Translations under genes and position numbers: made by a program
Shown: piece by piece, positions 8,303 through 16,362 of the stretch
Numbering within the stretch: position 1 is the stretch's first letter
Layout: every line of letters starts with the position of its first letter
Origin: Candidatus Eiseniibacteriota bacterium
Lineage (GTDB): Bacteria; Eisenbacteria; RBG-16-71-46
DNA length: 64,000 bases
Direction: 5' to 3'
Assembly (NCBI GenBank): GCA_963744995.1
Contig: CAVUWA010000002.1
Span: 1,120,001-1,184,000 of the forward strand
The notes under the pieces: generated by a model
What the model saw: only the letters and a program-made list of their open reading frames with translations
Told to the model about the DNA's origin: nothing
Databases searched by the model: none

Positions 8303-10062
8303 TGCCGATGAATCCGCGCGACGACGATCGGGCCGAACACGGCCTGCAGGGCCTGGACGACGCGCCCGCCCGGGTGCTGGTCGTGGACGACGAGGCGTCG
8401 GTCGTCGACCTGTTCCGCGACTTCTTCGCCTCGCAGGACTACGAACTCTCCGTGGCGATGAGCGGGGAGGAGGCGGTGCGCATGCTCACGGCGGCGCGCC
8501 CCGAGGTCGTGCTCACCGACATCAACCTGCCCGGCATGTCGGGTCTCGAAGTCATGCGCGAGGCGCGGCGTGTGGATCCCGACGCCTCGGTGATCGTGGT
8601 GACCGGTCACGCCTCGGCCTCGAGCGCGATCGACGCGCTGCGCCAGGGCGCGTACGACTACATCACCAAGCCGTTCGACCTGGACGAGGTGCACCAGCTG
8701 GTCGAGCGCGCGATTGCGAACCGGCGCCTCAAGGTGATGAACCAGCAGCTCGTCGCCGAGCTGCGTGAGAAGAACGAGATCCTGCGCCTGCACGAGCAGG
8801 AGCTGCGCGAGCGGGTGCGGATCGCGACCTGGCAGATGACGCGCCTCTACGAGGTAGGCAAGGAGATCAGCGCGAATCTGGAGCTGGTGCCGCGCCTCGC
8901 GGTCATCGGCGCGAAGTCCGCGGAGCTGTCGGGGGCCGCGGCGGCGGTGATGTACCTGAAGCACGAGGAGACCGGTGAGTTCCGCGCGGCATCCGCCGCG
9001 GGCATCGAGCTGCGCCCCGACGCGAACAACCGCCCGCACGTGATCCCCGAGGACCACCCGCTGCGGCGGACGATCGAGCAGCAGGAGCCGATGCGGCTCG
9101 CCCTGGACGGCGCTTCCGGCGTGCCGCTCCCGGGCATCACGACCGGCGACCCGCTCAACGTTCTCGCGCTGCCGATGATCGCCGAGGGCAATGTCATGGG
9201 CGTGCTGGCGCTGCTCGGCAAGCCCGGCGGGTTCACCGACGACGACGAGAACTTCCTCGCTCTGTTCGCCTCGCAGTCGGCGATCGCGGTGCGCAACTCG
9301 CAGCTGTTCGACCACACCAAGAGCCTCGACCGGCTGAAGTCCGAATTCGTGGCGGTCGTCTCGCACGAGATCCGCACGCCGCTGACCTCGGTGAAGGGCG
9401 CCGTCGAGCTGCTGTCGGATGACCGCTACTTCCAGAACAACGAGCAGCAGACCAAGCTGCTGACGATCGCGCATGCGAACGCGGAGCGCCTGCTCGTGCT
9501 CATCAACGACATTCTCGACTTTTCGAAGCTGGAGGCGGCATCGCTGCCGATGAGCATGGAGCGCCAGCGCCTCGAGCCGGTCGTGCAGCAGGCGGCGCAT
9601 CGCATGTCCACGCAGCTCGAGGAGCGCCGCATCGAGATCGACACCGCGCTCGCCGCCGAGCTGCCCGACCTGATGATCGACTCGGGACGCATCGCTCAGG
9701 TGCTCACCAACCTGCTCTCGAACGCGGTGAAGTTCTCGCCGGTCGGCGGCCGTATCGAGATCAGCGCCCGGCCGTGCGAAGAGGGTGTGCGCGTCGGCGT
9801 TCGCGACATGGGAGAGGGCATCGCCGAGGAGGACCTCCCGCGGCTGTTCCAGAAGTTCACGCAGATCGACTCGTCGGCCACCCGCAAGGCGGGCGGTACG
9901 GGCCTCGGGCTCGTGATCTGCAAGGGCATCGTCGAACAGCACGGCGGTCGGATCTGGGTCGAGAGCATGCTCGACGTCGGCAGCACGTTCTACTTCACGC
10001 TGCCGGTGGCGGATCGCCTCATCGCCGAGACCGCAGACGCGGGGCGCGCTTCGCAGGCTTGA
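8302..10062 (+). CDS. Hybrid REC-GAF-histidine kinase
   Basis: VLVVDDE...TDINLPG receiver, GAF, VSHEIRTPL, NLLSNAVKFS, GGTGLGL. Confidence 0.93.
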   Translation: MPMNPRDDDRAEHGLQGLDDAPARVLVVDDEASVVDLFRDFFASQDYELSVAMSGEEAVRMLTAARPEVVLTDINLPGMSGLEVMREARRVDPDASVIVVTGHASASSAIDALRQGAYDYITKPFDLDEVHQLVERAIANRRLKVMNQQLVAELREKNEILRLHEQELRERVRIATWQMTRLYEVGKEISANLELVPRLAVIGAKSAELSGAAAAVMYLKHEETGEFRAASAAGIELRPDANNRPHVIPEDHPLRRTIEQQEPMRLALDGASGVPLPGITTGDPLNVLALPMIAEGNVMGVLALLGKPGGFTDDDENFLALFASQSAIAVRNSQLFDHTKSLDRLKSEFVAVVSHEIRTPLTSVKGAVELLSDDRYFQNNEQQTKLLTIAHANAERLLVLINDILDFSKLEAASLPMSMERQRLEPVVQQAAHRMSTQLEERRIEIDTALAAELPDLMIDSGRIAQVLTNLLSNAVKFSPVGGRIEISARPCEEGVRVGVRDMGEGIAEEDLPRLFQKFTQIDSSATRKAGGTGLGLVICKGIVEQHGGRIWVESMLDVGSTFYFTLPVADRLIAETADAGRASQA

Positions 10063-10147
10063 CCCCGGGCGCTCGGCCCCGATACCTTGCGCGAGCCGGT
10101 TCAGGACGAACCGCCGACTCTCTCTCTCTCGCAGGGACACGGGCGCC

Positions 10148-11260
10148 ATGGACGACCGCCGCAACTCCTCCGCACTCTCCTACACGCGCATGGTCGTGCT
10201 CGCGCTGGTGGCGCTGGGCGCTTCGTACGGCGGTGCATTCCTGACGGCGCAGTGGATCGCGCGCCTCGCCGAGGCGGGGCGGCTGCCCGCGGCGCTCGCG
10301 CCCCTGTTCGACCCGAATCGCGCCCCTACGCCGGCCTGGCCGCTGGCGACGGCGGCGGGAGGGATCGCGATCGGACTGCTCGCGGTGGGACTCGCCGCCC
10401 GCGTGCCGGGCCGCCGCGCACGCCGGGGCGCGGCCGCGGCCGGGCTCCAGCCGCCGGCGATCGACACCGCGCTCGATCCGGAATCGAGCCTCGCCTGGCT
10501 GCACGTCGTGAGCGGTCCGAGCGCACGCCGGGTCGGCCACGCCGCCGCCGAGCTCGCCGCGCGCTGGATCGCACGCGGCGAGCGCGTGCTGCTGATCGAT
10601 GCCGGGCCGCGGCTGCGTCTGCACGTGCCGCTCGTCGCCGAGCCGTCGCTGGGCGTCGCCGAGTGTCTGCAGAACGGCATGCCGCTGCTCGGCGTGGTGC
10701 AGTGCGTCGGCGTTCCGGGCCTCTACCTGCTGGCCCACGGCGGCCCCGTGCCGCCCCGCGTCTGGGCCGGACTTGGCCGCCTGGCGGATCAGGCGCGACC
10801 GCACTTTGACCGGGTGCTGCTCGCCGTGGATCTCGGCGCGCCGTACGACGTCGGCCGCGCACTGGCCGGACGCTACATCGAAGCGTGGTGGCCCGACGCC
10901 GGACCCGAGCGCCGGGCGGGCGCGCAATCGCTCGCAGAGCGAATCGGTATCCGATTCCGCGGCATGGACTTAGGGGTTGACTCCAAACCGATGCTCGAAC
11001 TGCTGCGCGAGCGCATCGAAGCCCTGCACGTGACCGGCACGCCCCGGCCGGAGCAGCTGCCGGTGGGCGAAGCGCGGCCGGCGCCGGCCGCGCCCGCACC
11101 GATCCGGGTGGCGCCGCTGGTGCTGGACTGCGACTTGCAAGTCCGGGAGCGGCTCCGCTTCCTCATGTGGATGCGACGTCTGCAGGGGGAACAGCGGAGC
11201 GGCACGGCCGGCGCGCCCACGCGCACGAGCGCCGTGCCTCAGACCGTCATCAGCGGCTGA
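10148..11260 (+). CDS. Membrane protein with degenerate BY-kinase (CapB/CpsD)/MinD-like P-loop domain
   Basis: Two TM helices, then LAARWIARGERVLLIDA...GVAECL...GLYLLAHG; the Walker A GK is absent. Confidence 0.55.
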   Translation: MDDRRNSSALSYTRMVVLALVALGASYGGAFLTAQWIARLAEAGRLPAALAPLFDPNRAPTPAWPLATAAGGIAIGLLAVGLAARVPGRRARRGAAAAGLQPPAIDTALDPESSLAWLHVVSGPSARRVGHAAAELAARWIARGERVLLIDAGPRLRLHVPLVAEPSLGVAECLQNGMPLLGVVQCVGVPGLYLLAHGGPVPPRVWAGLGRLADQARPHFDRVLLAVDLGAPYDVGRALAGRYIEAWWPDAGPERRAGAQSLAERIGIRFRGMDLGVDSKPMLELLRERIEALHVTGTPRPEQLPVGEARPAPAAPAPIRVAPLVLDCDLQVRERLRFLMWMRRLQGEQRSGTAGAPTRTSAVPQTVISG

Positions 11261-11381
11261 GCCGGCGCGCACCGCGCCCCGGGACCGCGATGGCCGGCCC
11301 CGCGGAGCGTCGTCGACGCGCGACACCCGCCGGCCCGCCTCCGCGCCGGGCCGCACCGCGTCCTCGCCGCGGCGAGGTGGA

Positions 11382-12467
11382 GTGAGAGCCAGGCGCGTTC
11401 ACCTGATCGAAGCCGTCGATGCCGCCGGCGCGCACGCCCGCGACGCGCGCGCACGGGTGAAGGCGCTCGTCGCCGCGGGCTGCGAAACGTGCTGCGCCGC
11501 CGTCGAGCCGCTGCGTGACGGCGCGCTGCATCTGCCGGCCGCCGCCGCCGGCGACACCCTGCAGGTGCGCGCCGACCTGCACGGCCGGCACCTCCTCAGG
11601 CGCTGGCTCTGCGAACGCCCCGCGGACCTGGTGCTGGTCGCCGCGGCCGTCGCCGGCGGCGGCGAGGCCGGCCGCTGGCTCGATCGCGTACCCGGCGTGA
11701 CCGCGCGCTGGTGGCCGACCGGCGTGGATGGCTCCGGGGCGGCGCCGAACGGCGCTGCCCGCGCGGCGAGCATGGGCTCGATGCGGCGCCCGGGTGCGCT
11801 GCCGCCGCTGGCGATCGAACCTGCCGTCGCACCCCCCGCGGGGATCGCTTCCGAATCCGGCGCGGGACTCGACGCGAGCGTGCTCGCCGACGCGCGGCCC
11901 ACGCGCGGGCAGCTGCCGCTCTGGGACGGCGACTACGTGCTGGTCCCGGCGGCATTGGCCGGCGCCGCGGGGCGCGCCGTGATCGACGCGTTCGCGACGA
12001 TCTGCGCCGGGCACGACGGGCTCGATCTGGTCGTGCTCGCCGATCCGCAGCCGGCCTTCGAGCGCATGGCGCGCGCGCGCGGGATCGGCTTTCGGGTTCA
12101 TTTTGCCGGCGAGGCGCCGCGCGACGCCGAGCTCGCATGGCTGAGTGCGGCCGCGGCGACGGTGATCGGCGGCGACGCGCCGCTCTCGGCGGGGCTGATC
12201 CTGCGCGCGCTCGCGCGCGGCTGTCCGGTGCTGGCCGCCGGCGACGCGCCGCCGGCCATGCCGCTCGAAGCGTGGCTCGCCGCGCGCGGGCTCGCCGTCG
12301 GCCCGGCGGAATCTGCGCTGGCGTCGCGCCTCGAGCGCGCCGTCGCGCGCGACCCGGCGTGGCGGGTGCGCGCTCGCGCCGCGGTCGCAGATCACGATGC
12401 GGCAGCCGTCGGCGGGCGCCTCGCCACCGCGCTCGACGCGGCGCTCGACGGGCGCCGCGCGGCGTGA
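11382..12467 (+). CDS. Degenerate GT-B/GT4-like glycosyltransferase-fold protein
   Basis: C-terminal VHFAG...ILRALARGCPVLA resembles GT4 LEAMA.G.PVV; very Ala-rich. Confidence 0.45.
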   Translation: MRARRVHLIEAVDAAGAHARDARARVKALVAAGCETCCAAVEPLRDGALHLPAAAAGDTLQVRADLHGRHLLRRWLCERPADLVLVAAAVAGGGEAGRWLDRVPGVTARWWPTGVDGSGAAPNGAARAASMGSMRRPGALPPLAIEPAVAPPAGIASESGAGLDASVLADARPTRGQLPLWDGDYVLVPAALAGAAGRAVIDAFATICAGHDGLDLVVLADPQPAFERMARARGIGFRVHFAGEAPRDAELAWLSAAAATVIGGDAPLSAGLILRALARGCPVLAAGDAPPAMPLEAWLAARGLAVGPAESALASRLERAVARDPAWRVRARAAVADHDAAAVGGRLATALDAALDGRRAA

Positions 12468-12559
12468 ACGCGCCCGGGGCAGGCGTGTTGCGGGTCGCCG
12501 CGCGCAACCGCTAACGTCGGGCGGCTCCAACCCACCACGGCACTGCGAGGGAGGTCGAC

Positions 12560-13486
12560 GTGCGGATTCTGGTCACCGGCGGCGCGGGATTCATCGGCTC
12601 GAACGTCGCGGATCGATTCGTCGAGCTGGGCCACGAGGTGGCGATCCTCGACGACTTTTCGACCGGCCAGCGCGCTTTCGTGAATCCGCGCGCGACGCTG
12701 TTCGAGGCCGATGTGGCCGACGCCGCCGCGCTCGATCGCTGCATGACGTCCTTCCGTCCGGAGATCGTGGACCACCACGCGGCGCAGATCGACGTGCGCC
12801 ACTCGGTCGCCGACCCGGTGCACGACGCGATGATCAACATCATCGGCGGCCTGCGGCTGCTCGAGGCCTGCACGCGGCACGGGGTGCGCAAGTTCGTCTA
12901 TGCCTCCACCGGCGGCGCACTCTACGGCGAGGGCCGCGAGCTCCCGGCCACGGAAGCGCATCCGGTGAATCCGGAGGCGCCCTACGGCGTGAGCAAGCAC
13001 ACGCTCGAGCACTACCTCTACCTGTGGAAGCTGCTGCACGGCCTCGATTACACGGTGCTGCGCTACCCGAACGTGTTCGGCCCGCGCCAGAATCCGCACG
13101 GCGAAGCCGGCGTGAACGCGATCTTCATCGGCCTCATGCTGCACGGGAAGGCGCCGCGCATCTTCGGCACCGGCGAACAGGTGCGCGACTACCTTTATGT
13201 AGGCGACGTGGTCCGGGCCAACGTGCTTGCGCTCGAGAAGGGCTCGGGCGAGATGGTGAACCTGGGCACCGGCGTCGGCACCTCGGTGAACGACATCGTG
13301 CGCGAGCTGAAGCCGCTCACCGGCTTCGACGGCGAGGCGATCCACGAGGCGGCGCGCCCCGGGGAGGTCCAGCGGATCTACCTCGATGCGACGCGCGCGA
13401 AGTCGGTGCTCGGCTGGTCGCCGCGCACGTCGTTCCGCGCGGGGCTCGAGCAGACCGTCGCGTGGTCGCGCGAGGCCGGGATCTAG
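12560..13486 (+). CDS. NAD-dependent epimerase/dehydratase (UDP-glucose 4-epimerase-like)
   Basis: ILVTGGAGFIGS, STGGALYG, PYGVSK, NVFGPRQ, RDYLYV; GGAGG RBS. Confidence 0.93.
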   Translation: MRILVTGGAGFIGSNVADRFVELGHEVAILDDFSTGQRAFVNPRATLFEADVADAAALDRCMTSFRPEIVDHHAAQIDVRHSVADPVHDAMINIIGGLRLLEACTRHGVRKFVYASTGGALYGEGRELPATEAHPVNPEAPYGVSKHTLEHYLYLWKLLHGLDYTVLRYPNVFGPRQNPHGEAGVNAIFIGLMLHGKAPRIFGTGEQVRDYLYVGDVVRANVLALEKGSGEMVNLGTGVGTSVNDIVRELKPLTGFDGEAIHEAARPGEVQRIYLDATRAKSVLGWSPRTSFRAGLEQTVAWSREAGI

Positions 13487-13537
13487 GCGGAACACGCGCG
13501 GCCGGCATGCCGGCCGGCCCGCCCGCATGGTCGCGCC

Positions 13538-15118
13538 TCAGCGCGTGAGCCGCAGGGTCACCGCGCCGAGCGCGCCGTCGCGCCGCTTCCCGGGCACGTG
13601 GTCGGCGTCCTCGATCCAGCGGTAGCCCGCCGAGACGGCGACGTCCACGCCGCCCGCCGGCCACCAGCGCAGCCCGCCCGCGACCTCGCGCGTGCGTTCG
13701 ACCGTGCCTTCGAACGTGGCCGGGTCGGGTCTGGGGCTCCCGGGCACGAACGGCTCGCCGAGCCGGTTCTCGCCGCGGTCGGTGAGCATCGCATGGCCGA
13801 ACAGCTGCCAGTCCACCGACGGATCCCAGCTGCCCCGGACGCGAAGCCGGCGCGCGTCGGGACCGGTGGGGTAACCGATCGGCATGCCCTGTGCGGAGTA
13901 CTCCCGGTCGAAGAACGAGGTGTAGACGTATCGCCAGATGCGCGTGTATTCGCCGCCCCAGGTCAGGCGCTGCCCGGCGATCGCACCGGCGCCCTCCCAG
14001 CCGAGCTGCCAGGCGAGCTTGTTCGGGTTGTCATCGGTGCGCGCGTGCAGGTCGTCGATCAGGAACTCGCCATACACCTTCGTACCGGGCGCCACGCGCC
14101 AGGCGGCGTCGAAGCCGAGCAGGACGTTGTTGCGCAGCACGGCGGAGCTGTCGGGGGCGTCCTGCACGAGGAAGCGCTGCACGAGCACGTAGGGGATCGC
14201 GCCCACCAGATAGAGCGGCTGCCAGACCTCGGACTTGTAGCGCGCGGCCTCGGTGACGCCGATCCGCAGCGCGTTCACCGGCTGCCACTCGAGGCGGTGC
14301 GCCGCGAGCTGTTCGCCGCGGGACTGATCGAGCGTTGCACTCAGGGCGATCACGTCCACGTGGATCGCGACGAAGTGCGCCGCGAGCGAAAGGCCGGTGA
14401 GGGCGGGCGAGGTGCCCGAGAGCACCAGGGTTCCCGCCTCGCCGGGCCCCCACTGCCAGCGCGAGCGGCCGAAGCGGGCGCTCCATGCGCCGTCTTCCGC
14501 CGTGTAGGCGAGGTAGGTGTCCTCCGTGTGCACGATGATGTCGTTGCCCGGTGCGATCGGGTCGGCAAAGCGCCGCGCGCCGTCCACCTGGCCGGCGAAC
14601 AGGTGCGAGTACACCAGCCAGCGGTCGAGCGCGATCGCGCTCACCAGGTGGACGCCCGAACCGGAGACGAAGCGCCGCCGCTCGTCGAACGATTCGCCCG
14701 CGCCTTCGACCCCGGCCGAGAATTCCATGCGCTCTCCGGTGGGGGACTGGTAGGCGAACAGGCGCGGGGTCGGCGGATGCGCGCCGTCGGGCACGCGGCC
14801 CGGCACCGGATCGCGCCCGAGCACGCGCTCGAGGCGCGCCGCCGCGATGCGGGTGACCGGATTCGCCGGGGCGAGCGGCCCGCCGGGGCCCTCGAGCTCG
14901 AAGCGCTGCAGCGGCAGCGTGCCGAGGTGCGGCAGGCGGAAGCGCCCATCGAGCGTGGCCGCGGGATAGAGATCCAGCACGCGCACCTCCGCGAGGATCG
15001 GGTCCCGCACCGGCAGCGCTTCTTCCGGCGTGGCGTGCGCCGCGGCCGGGAGCAGGGGCGCGGCGCACAGCGCCGCGAAGATCGGCGCGAGCGCGCGGAC
15101 GGGATCGGAGCGTGACAT
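13538..15118 (-). CDS. Capsule assembly Wzi-family outer-membrane protein
   Basis: Signal peptide, FGRSRWQWGPG..GTLVLS, AAHRLEW, YGEFLIDD, beta-strand-rich. Confidence 0.75.
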   Translation of the reverse strand: MSRSDPVRALAPIFAALCAAPLLPAAAHATPEEALPVRDPILAEVRVLDLYPAATLDGRFRLPHLGTLPLQRFELEGPGGPLAPANPVTRIAAARLERVLGRDPVPGRVPDGAHPPTPRLFAYQSPTGERMEFSAGVEGAGESFDERRRFVSGSGVHLVSAIALDRWLVYSHLFAGQVDGARRFADPIAPGNDIIVHTEDTYLAYTAEDGAWSARFGRSRWQWGPGEAGTLVLSGTSPALTGLSLAAHFVAIHVDVIALSATLDQSRGEQLAAHRLEWQPVNALRIGVTEAARYKSEVWQPLYLVGAIPYVLVQRFLVQDAPDSSAVLRNNVLLGFDAAWRVAPGTKVYGEFLIDDLHARTDDNPNKLAWQLGWEGAGAIAGQRLTWGGEYTRIWRYVYTSFFDREYSAQGMPIGYPTGPDARRLRVRGSWDPSVDWQLFGHAMLTDRGENRLGEPFVPGSPRPDPATFEGTVERTREVAGGLRWWPAGGVDVAVSAGYRWIEDADHVPGKRRDGALGAVTLRLTR

Positions 15119-15310
15119 GGGGCGGCACTCTAGCACGCGGCGACGGCATGCGGGACGCGCGGCGCCGCCGGGAATTTTGCGGCGGCATGACGCGGCCGGC
15201 GCCGCGCGGGTGGACCCCACCGGGCGCGTCCGCTACCATCCGTGACCGCTCCCCATGAGTGGACCCATTCCGTGCCGGCGGCCCCGCCGTCAGGCCGAGG
15301 AGCCTCAACG

Positions 15311-16039
15311 ATGAAGCGACTGTGGACCGTGTGCCTGGTGCTGATGCTCGCCGTGCCTGCTTTCGCGCGGGCGGAGGAGGGCGCGAAGACCGCGGCAGGG
15401 GCGAAGCCGACGAAGGCGATGCCCGCAAAGACCCAGATGGTCAAGGACAAGGCGATGGAAGCGATCGAAGCGCAGACCTCCAAGGTGGACACGTCGAAGC
15501 CCAACTGGCGGCTCAGCCTGCCGAAGCCCACGCAGGTCGAGTTCGACCCGGCGCACGACTACTTCGTGCGCATGCAGACCAACAAGGGCGACGTGCTGAT
15601 CCGGTTCATGCCGGACGTCGCGCCGATGCACGTGACCAACTTCATGTACCTGACGAAGCTCGGCTACTACGACGGGCTGAGCTTCCACCGCGTGATCACC
15701 AACTTCATGGCGCAGGGCGGCGATCCGATCGGCAACGGCACCGGTGGGCCCGGCTACCAGTTCGACGGCGAGTTCTCGCCGAAGGCCAAGCACGACAAGC
15801 CCGGCATCCTGTCCATGGCGAACGCCGGCCCGGGCACCGACGGCAGCCAGTTCTTCCTGACCTTCAAGGCGACGCCGTGGCTCGACGGCAAGCACTCCGT
15901 GTTCGGCGAGGTCGTCCAGGGCCTGGACACGCTGAAGAAGCTCGAGGCGGCCGGTTCGCAGAGCGGCCGCACCAGCGAGCCGCTCAAGATCGTGAAGGCG
16001 ACGGTCGAAGTGAAGGCGAAGGCGGCGAAGAAGGGCTGA
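15311..16039 (+). CDS. Exported cyclophilin-type peptidyl-prolyl isomerase
   Basis: Signal peptide; FHRVITNFMAQGGDP.G.GTGGPGY, LSMANAGPGTDGSQFF, WLDGKHSVFG. Confidence 0.95.
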   Translation: MKRLWTVCLVLMLAVPAFARAEEGAKTAAGAKPTKAMPAKTQMVKDKAMEAIEAQTSKVDTSKPNWRLSLPKPTQVEFDPAHDYFVRMQTNKGDVLIRFMPDVAPMHVTNFMYLTKLGYYDGLSFHRVITNFMAQGGDPIGNGTGGPGYQFDGEFSPKAKHDKPGILSMANAGPGTDGSQFFLTFKATPWLDGKHSVFGEVVQGLDTLKKLEAAGSQSGRTSEPLKIVKATVEVKAKAAKKG

Positions 16040-16066
16040 AGCGTCCCCGCCACCCGCTGACGCGCA

Positions 16067-16092
16067 ACGCCCCGCGGGAGACCGCGGGGCGT
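16067..16092. terminator. Hairpin after the cyclophilin gene, possibly a bidirectional terminator
   Basis: ACGCCCCGCGG-GAGA-CCGCGGGGCGT. Confidence 0.45.
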
Positions 16093-16251
16093 CCGCGCGC
16101 GTCGGTGCCGGCGTGGCACCGCCGCGGGCTCCCGGTCCGCAGCGCGGCGTGACGAAATCACCCCTCCGTTCGTGATGAAGCCGGATGTCTCCCATCCGGT
16201 GTCCGTGATCCCGGTTTCATGCGGGCCTCCGGGCTCCGGGCGCACCGCCGT

Positions 16252-16281
16252 TTGAGACGCTTTCCGGCGATGTGCTAGCTT
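16252..16281 (+). promoter_or_regulatory. sigma70-type promoter for valS
   Basis: TTGAGA-N18-TAGCTT with extended TG. Confidence 0.45.
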
Positions 16282-16362
16282 CCCTCGCTCCATTCGCCCG
16301 GGCCGTCCGGGCGGGCCGCCCGACCGCGGTGCCACGCGCGCCGCCACGCGAGGAGACGTCCG

